The notes below the pieces were generated by a model. That model ran no database searches and was not told where the DNA came from. It saw only the letters and a list, made by a program, of their open reading frames with translations. A program made the position numbers and the translations under genes. Shown here piece by piece: positions 51,490 through 64,000 of a stretch of DNA of 64,000 bases. Location: assembly GCA_964016885.1 (NCBI GenBank), contig OZ024741.1, forward strand, positions 22,072,001-22,136,000, given 5' to 3'. Positions within the stretch are counted from its first letter, which is position 1. Each line of letters begins with the position of its first letter. The stretch comes from Eledone cirrhosa (taxonomy: Eukaryota).

Positions 51490-52370
51490 ATAGGATTCCT
51501 GCTTAACTCCAACGTTCTTCTATGTCTTAACTCTGTAGCGCAAGTACAAGAAGGAGGACATATTTCCAAGCCATGCTTTGGAGACCTCTTTCTTTGCTCG
51601 GATGGCATCTTTGACCTCTTGATTGAACCAAGCTTCTGTCACTCACAGCATTTAACAGCTGAGCAGAAACTGTTAAACTGAACAATCTCCAATCTGTCTC
51701 AAAGTCCTGTTTGCTCAGGGAGTTTTCTGAATTTGTATGCAATAGTATCTGCATACCTGGTCCTGACTTCCTTACCCACAGGTCGCCCTGGACCTGCCAG
51801 TTTTGTGGGCTTCTTTGGTTTTAGGGGATCTAAAGTTGCAGATAACTAGATGGTGATCAGTTGACAGCTCAGCCCCTCACTTAACACGAACATCAATGAG
51901 ATCGGAGACAATGACAAAATCAATTATTGATCTCTGTCCCTTATTCCCCTTATACCATATGTATTTATGGATGTCTCTGTGCTGGAAGAAGTTGTTCATA
52001 ATAGAGAGTCCATTGAGAGAACAGAGGTCTAATAAGATTCCTCCATTCGTATTTAGATCGGGGTTGCCGTTCCTTCCAATCACCCCTTTCCATGTCAAGT
52101 GGTCAGTGCCAACTTGTGCATTGAAGTCTCCCATCGGAATATATGACTCAGTATTAACTACATCGAATGCTGAAGTCGCTTCATCAAGGAAGGGTCTGTA
52201 TACGGACTCCTTGTTTGGTGAATAAACTTGCACCACGCACAGAGACCTATCTTTCAGCCTAAGATTCAAGAAGCAAATTCTCCATTCTAATGGGATCCAG
52301 TCCATAACACATTCTGGCAGATCATTCGCCGACTTCGTAATAAGAAGTCATCCTCCACACCTGCTATCGG
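51490..52370 (-). mobile_element. RTE LINE endonuclease segment (inverted 5' part)
   Basis: VVQVYSPN, PMGDFNAQVG, LSIMNNFFQHRDIHKYIW, RSIIDFVIVS, then WFNQEVKDAIRAKK. Confidence 0.88.
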
Positions 52371-52389
52371 GAACGCGTCTGGGGTTCTC

Positions 52390-54065
52390 CTCTCTTCCTC
52401 GCGAGGTGGAGAGAATATTTTGCTGATTTCCTAAACCCGATCACAACAGCATCTTCTGATATACACGAGGTGCTTCTGGTAGCGGTGACTAATCTCTCAG
52501 AAGCTGAGGTCACATAAGCAGTTAAAGAGCTCAAATGTGACAAGGCCGCTGGGAAGATGGAATCTGGTCCGAGATGTTAAAAGCCTTAAATAGAGAAGGT
52601 ATTCTCTGGCTGACTCATGTGTACCGGGTGGCCTGGATCTCTGAAAAGGCACCTGAGCAATGGCAATTGGGAGTGGTAAACCCAATTTTCAAAAAGGGAG
52701 ACAAGAGAAATTGTCCCAATTACAGAGGGATCTCATTGTTAAGCCTCCCCGGTAAAGTTTATGCTAAGTGTCTGGTAAAGAGATGCAGGGAGATTGTCAA
52801 GTGTAAGCTAGCTGATGAACATTGCGGTTATCGCTCCGGACGCAGCGCAGACGACCAAATATTCACACAGCGGCAAGTCTTCGAGAAATCGTTGGTGTAT
52901 TGCCAAGAGGTGTATCCTTGTTTTGTAGGCATTGAAAAGGCGACTGCATTCACCGGGACCTGCTGTGTAAGGTTCTGCAGGAGTATGGGATCATTGGTCA
53001 GATTCTTGCTGCTCTGATGACTCTATATCAATGCCCGAGCATTTGTGTTCAGATAAATGATACTAAATCAAAACCATTCAATGTGGGAGTCGGATTCGCC
53101 AAGGGTGCGTACTGTCACCTCTCCTGTTCATTATATACATGAACAGGATTGACATGCGCAGCCGAATTGGAAGCGGTGTCATGACTGGCAGGTGTAAAGT
53201 CAGTCGGCTGGAATTTGTAGACAACATGGTATTATTTAGTTACGTCCCTTTACGTTCTGAGTTCAAATCCCGCCAAGGTTAACTTTGCCTTTCATCCTTA
53301 CGGGGTCGATAAAATAAAGTACCAGTAATGCACTGGATAATTGCTGGCCTTGTGCCAAAAGTAGAAACAATTATTTAACAGAAGGTGATCTCCGACTTTC
53401 ACTTAATAGGGTTGATACCAATTGTTGCATAGCTGGAATGAAGCCTGCACAGCACTCTACACGTGAATAGAGTTCCACTGAAGCAGGTAGAGAAGTTCAA
53501 GTATCGAGTGATGGAAGGTAGGAGGCTGAATTAAGTGAAAGAATTGCAGAAGCTGCTGCAGTAATGCACCAGCTTCAGCATTCAGTAATCAGAAGAAGGG
53601 AGGTAGGTGTAAAAGCCAAACTCACCGTCTTCAATTCGGTATTCGTGCCAACCCTTACCTATGGTTATGAATCTTGGGTAATGACCGAAAGAATACAATC
53701 GCGAACACAAGCCACCGAAATGGGATTCCTCCGAAGGGACTTGGTGGTAACATTACTCGATAGAGGGCGTAACTCGGAAATCAGAATCACTCCAGGTAGA
53801 GCCACTACTTGTCCGTATTGAGAGATCACAGCTCCGATAATATGAGCATAGGGTTAGAATGTCTCAGGAAAGAATCGCTGGATAGATTTTACGGGCAAAA
53901 CCCACCACCAAGGGTAGACCACGAGGAAGATGGTTGGATAACATCCATGAACTTGGCTTGTATGGCTTGGGGATCCCACCGGGTCTGTTGGAGACGATTG
54001 CTTCTGACAAGACCTGGTGGAAGGAGTATTTGAGGACTCTGCCCTCACGACCCTCACAAGAATTA
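52390..54065 (+). mobile_element. RTE (Expander/Rex3-like) LINE RT segment to 3' end; SINE A inserted at 53239-53374
   Basis: RWREYF, PIFKKGDKRNCPNYRGISLLSLPGKVY, RQGCVLSPLLF, VPTLTYGYESWVMTER. Confidence 0.9.
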
Positions 54066-54179
54066 GTGGGTGAAGAAGATATATATGCATAGATAGATAG
54101 ATATGGATATACATGCATGCATATATTCATACATACAAACATACCTACATACATACACACATATATGCATACATACATG

Positions 54180-54525
54180 ATGATGGCTGCCCCTCGCTAT
54201 CGAGTATGGCCATTGCACGATATACCATTATTAATAATCATTAATTAATTCTATCGTGCAATGCCTGTGCGTGAAGATATTTTTTAAAGTGAGGAAAGAC
54301 TGTGCACTGAGCCAATCCCACTCTCTGACAGTAGCTATAACCCGAAAACAAGAAAAGATCAACATCATGGTAACTACTGAGCCGCAATTTTATGTCAGAG
54401 TTATCCCAGTTTCCTGAGTTGTCTTCTCCTAGAAGAATGCCCTGACAAAGGCTAGGGGTCCTTCACTCCCAGTGGTTTAACCGCGTGATTGGGTGCCCTG
54501 CCCGACTATTTCTATGTCCCCGCAC
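54180..54525 (-). mobile_element. Second RTE-derived bipartite short element
   Basis: Minus strand has CTAGGAGAAG and a 3' CTCG-atag-CGAG-gGGCAGCC stem-loop before microsatellite. Confidence 0.55.
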
Positions 54526-54677
54526 ATATACATACACATGCACCCATGTATATACACATATACATATACATACATATGTACATGTGTATATACATACATA
54601 CATGCATGCAAACATACATACATACATACATACATACATACATACATACATACATACATACATACATACATACATAC

Positions 54678-55260
54678 ATGCTGGATGCCAACTCGTTTTC
54701 GAGTACGGCCACTACTTTATATCCATGTAGGAGAACCCCTACCGATGCGCTGAACGAGTGTGACTTTTTAGTCCAGCCAGCAACTTGAAAACTCTGGTAC
54801 AAACACTACACCTGTGACAATTATTGACACATAGTGCTGGGCCCATGGAACCATGTGACGACAAGTGCAGAGAGATCTCCAGATATAAAGCAATGCTTGT
54901 GCCGTGAAGCTTTTATAGTGAGCAAAGGCACTGCACAAAGCCAGTCCCACTCTCTTAACCAAGATGATATTTACCAAAAAGAACAAGTCAACATCATTGG
55001 ATACCATCAGAGTTGCAGGTGTTATATCAGAGTTTTCCTTCTCCTAGAATTCTGCCTTGACAAAGGCTAAGGGGTCATCTCTCCCGGTGATTTTGGATGG
55101 CCATTGACTCTTAAGAGCTCCTTTGCCCTTTGACAGGTTTTGTTTTTAGTCCTGCAGGATGTCCAAGGTCACCCTCCTCACCAAGAAACCTTGGTCGGGT
55201 TTCCAGTTTAGTCGCCAACGACCCGACCATGGGACAGGTTGTACTGGAATACATGTTACC
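54678..55260 (-). mobile_element. RTE-derived bipartite element (copy of 11060-11670) in (CATA)n
   Basis: Reverse-complement identity across ~580 bp. Confidence 0.75.
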
Positions 55261-56784
55261 ATACATACATATATCCATATATACATACATACATACATAT
55301 ATACATACATCTCTAATCTTATGTAACGTCAAGTAACTCGACTTGTTAGAGCGATGAGAAAATAATTTGGTTCACATTCCTCTTTGTAGTTTGTTTTAGT
55401 TACATATTTCCTCTCACTCAACTCCTCTTTCTCCCTCTCTCATTATCTTATGCTTTAATCCCCCTTTTCTCTCTCCTTCTTCCTTCTCCCTCACTCATTG
55501 TTTTATGCTTTTTCTCCCCTCGCATTGATTTCTACTTTCTCCCTCTCTCATTTCCTCTAGCTTTCTCCTCCTCTCTCATTGTTTTCTTCCTTCTCTCTCC
55601 TTCTTCCTTCTCCCCTTCTCATTGTTTTCTTCCTTCTCCTACTCTCTTTTCTTCCAGCTATTTCCAGTTTTCCTTTCATTAATCTCTTCGTGGGGAATCT
55701 TTGAAATGAACCAATTCTATGAGACGACCCGTGGTTGTTTACAATAAGTACTCTCAGAACTACAATCTAATGAAATACCGGTGATGTGTGTACAGTTCCT
55801 TTGAGATAAATTATCAAGATCGTTGAGTATTAAATGCCTTTATCTCGAGCAATATAGCACTGGAAAAAAGCAAGATCTGTGATTAGGTAACGAACCAACA
55901 TCTCTTCGGCTCGTATAGTTCGTTCTCTCGATTTGACTATCTAGTATTCTCTTATACGGTTAGATCTCTTTTGAACTGAAGCTAACCGAGCTTGTAAGAT
56001 TTGTAACATTTCTATGCTATTAGGCTACTTACAAGTTGATTTACTAGTTATAAATGTCACTAATGATAGCAGGTGAAATTCAAACTTAGCAGACGACACA
56101 CAACACGCAGACTTAGCATACGACACTCTAAATTCAAACTTAGCAGATGACACACAAAATACAGACTTAGCATACGACACTGTGAATTTAAACTTAACAA
56201 ACGGTTTGTTCAAACTGCAACTCTCAACACAATAAGCAATTTCAATAGACATATAAAATTACAGCTTTTGGAATGAAAATGTTAGAAATCTTGGTTGCGT
56301 GTGGTCATTTTTACCAATGAGAACACTTTATAGCTTCCTCACTGTGATGAAACATGACAGCTACACAGAATTATTTATTACGTACACATGATACCTAAGA
56401 ATTTAATGCAAGCAGAACACTAGTAACGTGGTTGAAATGGAGCCAACTAAGAATCAATGTTATATCACAGAATTCGCTCTACACCAGCCTGTTTCTCTTC
56501 CCCTGTGCTCCGTTCAACAGAACCCGCTCAACATCCTCTCCTTTCTTCCCTGTGATCCGCTGAACACCACCTCTCCCTTCTTCCCTGTGATCCGCTCAAT
56601 ACCAGCCTCTCCCTTCTACCCTGTGCTCCGCTCAACAGATTCCACTCAGAATCAGCCCCCTCTTTTCTTCCCTTGTGTTCCACTCACAGATTCCGCTCAA
56701 CAGCAGCCATTATATGGAGCTAGCCCCTAAATTTACTATGTAATGAGTCTTTACACTAGCACAATTCCATTCCAGTTGGGTATA

Positions 56785-57070
56785 GGTGCGTGGCCTAGTG
56801 GTAAGGATGTTGGACTTACGATCACAATGTCGTGAGTTCGATTCATAGGCTGGTTTGCGTGTTGTGTTCTTGAAAAAAACATCATTTCACGTTGTTCCAG
56901 TATACTTAGCTGAAAATGATTAGCAGCTGTGGGTTTAAACCTGAGATAGACTGGTGTCCTGTCCAGGAGGAGGTTGTCTTGAACTCTGAGTCGCTTCACA
57001 CCACGAAACCAGGATAAACACCAGTCTGATGAGCCTTCTGGTTTGAGAGAAACTTTAGTTAGCTTTAGTC
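56785..57070 (+). mobile_element. tRNA-derived SINE
   Basis: A box TGGCCTAGTGG, B box GAGTTCGATTC. Confidence 0.75.
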
Positions 57071-57304
57071 ATTCCAATACATGTTTCTTTTATCTATCCC
57101 GGATTTCAGCTTAGAACCAAGGAAGGAGATGAAACTAAATATAATTCAATCGGGCGGTTTGCTGTTTCTGCCCCTCCACTTACTTATATACAATTATCTA
57201 ATGATGTTGTTTCTTATCTTTATTCGGTAGTCTTAATTATAAATAATCCTCCTAATTATACCTAATTATGCCTATAAGAGGATAATTGTTTGAATCATTA
57301 AAAT

Positions 57305-57442
57305 GTTGGCATTCGTTTCGGCCCTTAGTGTTCTGAGTTCAAATCCCGTCGAGGTCAACATTGCTTTTCATCTTTCGAGGTCAATAATAAAGTACCAGTT
57401 TAATACTGGAGTCCATTCTTCCCTCGTCTCTCTCTTTCTCCC

Positions 57443-57500
<58 letters not shown>

Positions 57501-57625
57501 CCTCTCTCTCTCTCTCTAAAAGAATGTGTTGGGAAGGGGTTGGGCTCTGCCAGGTTTTAAAATGTCCAAGACATGATGTATGTCACGACAGAGCGTCCCT
57601 ACAACTCTATCAGGGATCCTAGGTC
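57305..57625 (+). mobile_element. SINE family B, diverged
   Basis: GAGTTCAAATCCCG and tail CCAGGTTTTAAAATGTCCAAG. Confidence 0.65.
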
Positions 57626-58965
57626 CTTACATACATTCACACACATACATACATGCATACATCGTACATACATACATAATACATACATACATACATACAT
57701 ATGTACGTACATCGTACATACATATATGCATACATGCATACATACATACATCATACACACATACATACATACATACATACATACATACACGACTTTCGCA
57801 AAGGATATTTTTACTTCTATCTTTTTCTTTAAATTATTAGAAACTCTTATGACGAAGGATAAAAAGATCTTCCATTATTTTCTTCCCACAAACCAAGAAG
57901 TTATATAGAAAAATAAAATACCCAACGACTCACATCAATCAACGAAAATGAAAAGTTGATGGTTTGTAAAAATGATTAATGGCTGAAAATGAATACCCAT
58001 CATTTCCAAATCTCTGATGTTAATTGGTTACCCTAAACATTAGCTGCATAAAATAATCATCTTTTCTTTTAGTTCTATATATTTTCTTTTTCTTGGTGCT
58101 AGCTTACTTATCTCTTATTTCAGAACCAGTTCGCCAGCGAGTATTTCCTCTTTCTCGTAATAATTGCTTCTAGCATTGGCGCAAGATGAGATATTTGACG
58201 TGAGAGGTATAGTTAATTACACTGACCTCTCAATATTTGGCTGCTACTTTATTGGCTTTGGAAAGATGAAAGACAAAGTTAACTCCAGTAGATTTCAACT
58301 TAGTATGTAAAAAGCCAAAAGAAATACCACAGTGGCCTTTTTATCAGACGTAAATAGCTGGAATAAATGTCGTAAGTCATCCAACACTCTAACCATTTTT
58401 CCAAACGAAGGTCTTTTTTTTTTTTTCGTATTACAATTTCTTTAACCCGTCTTCTCTTTCTGTTCATAAACTAAAGAAAATTGATATAAATTGATATAAC
58501 TATTTTGGTTTTCTATACAAACGGAATTATACAGGTTTTCGTGAGTTTTATATCGAATAATATTCGATTCGTTTGCAAGCAAACATTATGTTATGTTTTT
58601 TAGATGGCCATCGGCATCCTTTTGTTCTAGCGGTCTTCTTCTTATCGTGTCAAGATAGGAGCGTCCACACCGCGGCCCTGGGAGTATTGATAAGATCAAC
58701 TAGATCTACTAATACTACTAATACTACTAATCCTATCACCACCACAGTTCTAGCGGTAACACAGAGAAACAATCGACAACGTTGTTTCTGGGTTATTGCC
58801 CTTTGTCAAGATTGTGTATCTTTCTCCTGTCACTCACTAGAACTCTTGAGAATATATAGTATTCTATAAAGTATACAGCGGCTGATTAGCCTACTTTGCA
58901 TATCATATCCGGTATGTTAGAGCGAAAAACCAAATTCTAATTTTGTTTTTTTTTAATTTTACATA

Positions 58966-61845
58966 TTACTCTTTTACTCTTTTACCTGTTTCGGCCATCC
59001 AGCTGAGGCCATGCTGAGGCACCGCTTTTGTTGCTACACATTCTCTCTGCAGCCTGTGTTGACTGGCCATTGGTGTAAGAGGGAGTTCGTTGGTGCTGCC
59101 CTTAGGTTACATTCGTACCGTGCTGTGGGATCATCCGGGATCCTGGATAGCAGAGTGTCAAGATGTTTATTGAAAACATCCATGTCCACACCATACAGAT
59201 CTCTCAAATCCCTCGGCAGCTTGTTGAAGAGATGAGGGCCTTTGAAACCCAGGCTATTGCAATATCTGCTCCTTATTCTAGATGTGAAAGGTGGGACTTT
59301 GGCACCACACAGTGGCGTCATGTTCGGGGGTTGGCCCATCTCTCAATGCCAAAGTTTGGTGCTAGCCCCTCCAGGATTTTCCATATGTACGTCACTGCGT
59401 ATCTCTCCCATCTTCGTTCCAAGGAGTAGAGTTTCAGTTCTTTTAGCCTCTCCCAGTAGCTTATCTCCTTCATCGTCGCAATCCTCTTGGTGTAGCTTCG
59501 TTGGATTGCCTCAATTTCCGTGGTTAGTTTGACACTATGGGGTAACCTAAGTTGGGAGCAGTAGTCCAGTCGGCTTAGGACAAATATCCTCCATAGTATC
59601 AACATGGTCTCTTGGTCTCTTGTCCAGAAAGTCCTCAAAACCCAGCCAGTGAGTCGTCTGCACATTGTCGCCACCCTCATTATGTGTGAAGAAAAAGATG
59701 CATCATCACTGATGTCTCTTCCCAGGTCTCGTATCGATTTCGACACGGGGATTTCGATCCCTCTGGTCCGGTGTAGCTGTGTTGTACTGTCTTTGTGTTA
59801 GCAGGTTGGTATTGTAGGACTTGAAAATTTCCAGCATTAAATTGCATGTTGTTGTCCTCAGATCTTCTAAAAGGGCAGCATCAGCCGGGTTTTTTATTGC
59901 CTGTGCTACCTTTGTGTCATCAGCATAGCTAGTGAGGGATGTTGTATGTACTATAGAGGGCATGTCTGAGAGAGCCACCAAAAACAGTAGTGGTCTCAAG
60001 ATTGTGCCCTAGAGCACCACACTTGTTATTGATGTTTCCTTTGAGAGGGCCCCATTGGGTGCAACTTCTGTCTTTTAAGAAATAATGCAGCCACTCACCT
60101 ACTTTTCCAGTTATGCCAAGTCTGTGTAGTTTGTGACATATAATTCCGTGGTCGACTTTGTCAAAGGCCTTCGCAAAGTCAAGATATATCGCGTCCACAT
60201 GTGAGCTGTCTAGCAGTTGTTTCAGTACCCAGTGTTGTAAGGCAGCTTCTTCCTAGGTGAAAGCCATGCTGCGTGTTAGGCGGTCATTTTCCTCGAGGAA
60301 CGTGATCAGTTTCTTTCTGATGATTCGTTCTATGATCTTACTGATATGTGACGTCGGGGAGTCTGGCCTGTAGTTTTTGGTCTCAGCTCTGATTCCCCTT
60401 TTATGGATAGGGCATATTGTGCCTTCTTTTTGCTCTCTGGATAATTTACCGCTAGCCAAAGAACTTCTGAGGGGGGGGGGGGGTCTTCAGTGGTCTTGCT
60501 AAGGCATGCTTACATATTTTTAGGAGGATTGCTGGGAATCCATCAGGCCCAGCAGCTGAGTTTGTTCTAATTTCTTCAATGGTGGATATCACATCTTCCT
60601 CCGTTATGTCTATGTGGTTGATGGTCGCCATTTCTTCATGGAGTGTTGTGGCATCAGAGAAATCCTCTGGCTTTGTTATTTGAAAGTGCCTCAATGGGGG
60701 TCTGAATACACTTTTGTACTGTTCATTCAGTATTTCACTTATCCCTTGGGGATCCTTAGTTAATGAACCATTTTTATGGTAGAGTGACCCAATCTTGCAG
60801 TGTACCGATGCAGTTTCTCTTGCAAATTTAAAGAAGGCCTTAGGGTTTATTTTAATATTTTCTATGGCCCTGGCTTCTCTCTCTACCCTCTCCTTCTCAT
60901 GGGAAAGTTTGAGTGCAGTTTCAATATCAAGTAGTGCCTGTTTCAGATAGGGTTCCTTCTTGTTTTTCTGTTGTGCATTTAACTGGTTTGAGAGCTTAGT
61001 TCTTCGTCTCATAAGGATTTTCCTGTCTCTGAGAATAAGATTTTTGTGTCCGTTGGCCTTTTTCTCCTGAACAAACTTATAGCATATAGTTTGTATTGTT
61101 GTCATGAAATGTTGAAAATGTGTGTTGGTGTCCTGTGTGGTGATGTTGTCGCTCCAGTTTTGCTTCAGGATCACTTTCTTGATCTTTTTCCAGTTAGCCT
61201 TGTGAAAGTTTAGGCGGGATAAATTTCCGGTGCTTCTCAATAGTTGCGTCTCCGCTGACTCTCTCAAATCACATATCATTAGTTCTACTAAGTTATGATC
61301 CGAGAAAATCGTTGGTGTCACCTTTACATTGTGGATGAGCACTGCGTTGTTTGTAAAGCAGAGATCCAGGACATTCTCGCCTCTTGTTGGGAGAAGTACT
61401 GCTTGTTCCATGAACAGCCTGTGTGTAAGGGCCAGCAGGGACTCCGTCTGTCTCTGTTCTAGTGATGTCATTCCAGGAAGGAGGTAGCCCTCAGGCTATT
61501 TGACCTTTGGTAGGTTAAAGTCTCCCAGCAGCAGAATATTGAGACTCTGGTCCAGTTTGTCAAGGACTTCTTCCACCCTTCTGCAGCTATATTCAAACTT
61601 ACCTTCATGATTAGAGGCGTCGGGAGGCCGATATGTGACACATATCACCATTTTCAGTTGCTTCATATGTACTATCAGCGTGTCACAGACTGAGTTTGAA
61701 TGTGTCAACAGTACAATTGGTGTGACATCTTCACGGATGTACAGGGCAACTCCACAATGAGTTCTCTCCTTCCTGCCTGAACGAAATACAGTATATTTTG
61801 GTATATGTATTCCTGCAGCTGCTATGCTGCTTGTCAGGTGTGCAA
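58966..61845 (-). mobile_element. CR1-group LINE, decayed ORF2 (APE + RT) with 3' tail
   Basis: TYRPP, LLGDFNLP, PTRGENVLDL, SAAGPDGFP, YLDFAKAFDKVDH, YADDTKV, RLDYCSQ, LYSLERR, with a (GTAAAAGA)n tail. Confidence 0.93.
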
Positions 61846-62490
61846 TATTGTTTTATTTACTAGAAATGTATAGGAAAAGGTTAGAGAGTGTGGTCATGCT
61901 TACGTACATGTCTTTCTCGGATGTATTGGTAAGGTAAAAGGGGTATAATCAAGAACCAATCCCTGAGGGCTTGCGATGGTCATAGGCACAACCACTTTTT
62001 CCAGCCAGACCCACAGAAATAAGAATATAAAATATTACCGCAGAGTCAACTTCTCCAAGGATTGTTCACTAATTAATCCCGTGTCAACTACTACTACTAC
62101 ACGAAGGACGTATATTTCAGGAATGGTTTGTGTTTGTCAGGTGTGAAAGTCGTCAGTCGGTGGTTGGAAACCCTTGCGGTTGCAGTGAAATTCTGGGCGT
62201 GATGGAACTAACATTGAATTTACAAAGTAAAGCTGAACATAATAACATACGACTCCGGGAGGGAACTTCTCTGCCAGGGTTACTTAACCCAAGGTTGGAG
62301 GTACGGGAACCAAAGGCTGGGGACATTGTTTCGTCTTCTATAGATAAATATCACAAAATCCTGGTGTGCTTCATATTAGTCTGTCCTGAGACGGTTTTAG
62401 TTGCACATAAGTTTGTCAACGAGAAAAAGTTGTTAGCTTCTCACTCAATTCCCCCTCTCTCTCTCTCTCTCTCTTATATATATATATATA

Positions 62491-63169
62491 TATTGTTTTA
62501 CTCTGGGAGGGTCATGTTGCCAATAAAAACACACGCACCTGTTGGTTTTCACTTCAATTTATTATAAATTTCCGGTTGGTTGGTTCAATAACCGGATGGT
62601 TGTTTATATATTGTCAAAGTTGTTTCGTCACACATTCTGTGACCTCCTCAGTGACTGATTAAAAAAATGTTTGTCTCTCTTTTGTTCTCTCCTACACCAT
62701 CTTGTTTTTGTGTGTTGTGTGCTTGGTTTACGTATGCATTACATCCGTGTGTGTGTGTATTTTTATTTATTTATGTGTTTATTTACTTGTCACTAGTTGG
62801 TTGTTTGTTCTATTTGTGTGTGTCTGATTTGTTTTGTTAGTTTGGTTTTTGTGTGTGTCTGTGTGTCTTCATTTTGTCCTTAATTACTAGTTGTGATGTT
62901 GCTATTCCACTCATGTTTTCTGTTTAATTTTGGTTGCAGTTCGTTTATGTTTATCGCCTCTGTAATTTGTCTGGGCACTGGGTCTTTTCTGTGTGTGGGT
63001 ATAATTTTTATCTCTATGTTCTCTAGTGTGCCCCTATGTTCCATTTTGGCATGTTGGTAGAGTACTGATGAGTTTTTCCCATCTTGAAGTTCTCGCCAGT
63101 ACACATTTATCCTTTCTCCTATGTTACGGGCTGTCTCACCTATATATGTTGTGTTCCTACACTGTCCCT

Positions 63170-63172
<3 letters not shown>
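62491..63172 (-). mobile_element. Penelope-like 3' fragment related to 19901-22868
   Basis: TYIGETARNIGERIN..QITEAININELQPKLNRKHEW plus homologous pLTR. Bounded by (TA)n and (CA)n. Confidence 0.92.
62613..62655 (-). ncRNA. Minimal type I HHR
   Basis: Minus strand: gtca-CTGAGGA-g-gtcac-agaatgt-gtgac-GAAA-caac-TT-tgac. Confidence 0.82.
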
Positions 63173-63256
<84 letters not shown>

Positions 63257-64000
63257 TATATATATTTACAAACAGAAGTCTGGTGAGCTTTTGATTCCAG
63301 AGCCGAGCTCGATCGATAGAGATCGAACCTTGAGCTGGTCAATCGCGAAACGTGCGTCACTCTTGAATAAACATAATGAACATTTTACACTTCGTCCATA
63401 CTTATTATTAATTGTATATATATATGTGTGTGTATGAGAGAGATAGATAGATATATATAGAGAGAGAGAGTTTACACCGATTACACTTCTGGTCTTACTC
63501 TCACATACCACATTATCATACAATAGACCAACTATGTCTTACGTCTCACACAACCATTTCAAGTATTATTTCCCATATTATACCAAATTACCACAAAACA
63601 ATAATACATCTTTGTTTAGTTTTCATAAAGTCCATCTTTGTTATGAATTTTCTTTTAAAAGGATTCTTTATCATTCATATTTTCAGAGACGGTTTCCAGT
63701 CACAGTACAGTTGTTGACGACAAAACAGTTTTGGTTCATATCAGAGATACAGCATGGAAGGTCAGATAACATCACATATTATGTTATATCTTTCAAATGT
63801 TTCAGATTTAGTTCGTGAATTATTGCTGGCAGCGGCAACGTTCTTTTCATCTTCTCACCGTCGCCATGTTGAAATATTGATTTCTAATTTAATCACAAGA
63901 CCAGCAAATGTGAGGGAAGGGCAAAGCTGGTTAAATTAATCTGAGTACTTGATAGGTATTTTATTTTACCAACTCTGGGCGGATAAAGGACAATGCTGAC

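Noticed and set aside
56785-56860. tRNA gene
   Set aside because: A and B boxes are present but there is no acceptor stem, and it continues into a SINE body.
57022-57060. CTGATGA...GAAA in a SINE tail
   Set aside because: No convincing stems. It fits an ordinary SINE 3' tail.

Overview
This is a eukaryotic, gene-poor, repeat-saturated window. The SINE families, the (TA)n/(TG)n/(TATG)n microsatellite load and the LINE content suggest a cephalopod (Octopus-like) genome; that is inference. Nearly every real ORF is retroelement-derived: a young Tx1/L1-clade LINE (1-4371), a long open Penelope-like RT+GIY-YIG ORF (20501-22630), decayed Penelope, RTE, CR1, R4/Dong and CRE fragments, plus a solo LTR, Helitron-like and MITE elements, about 17 tRNA-derived SINE copies and five minisatellites. 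Only one candidate host exon was seen (28641-28739, minus). The most notable unannotated layer is RNA structure. About 15 dispersed type I hammerhead ribozyme (HHR) motifs, from roughly eight unrelated sequence families, lie in Penelope pseudo-LTR-like modules, usually next to (TA)n tracts and often duplicated as inverted repeats. Two families carry the compensated U3:A8 core variant. A 19-copy 59-bp satellite (30289-31411) has a unit that is itself a hammerhead-like fold. All folds were read by eye and none is tested for activity.
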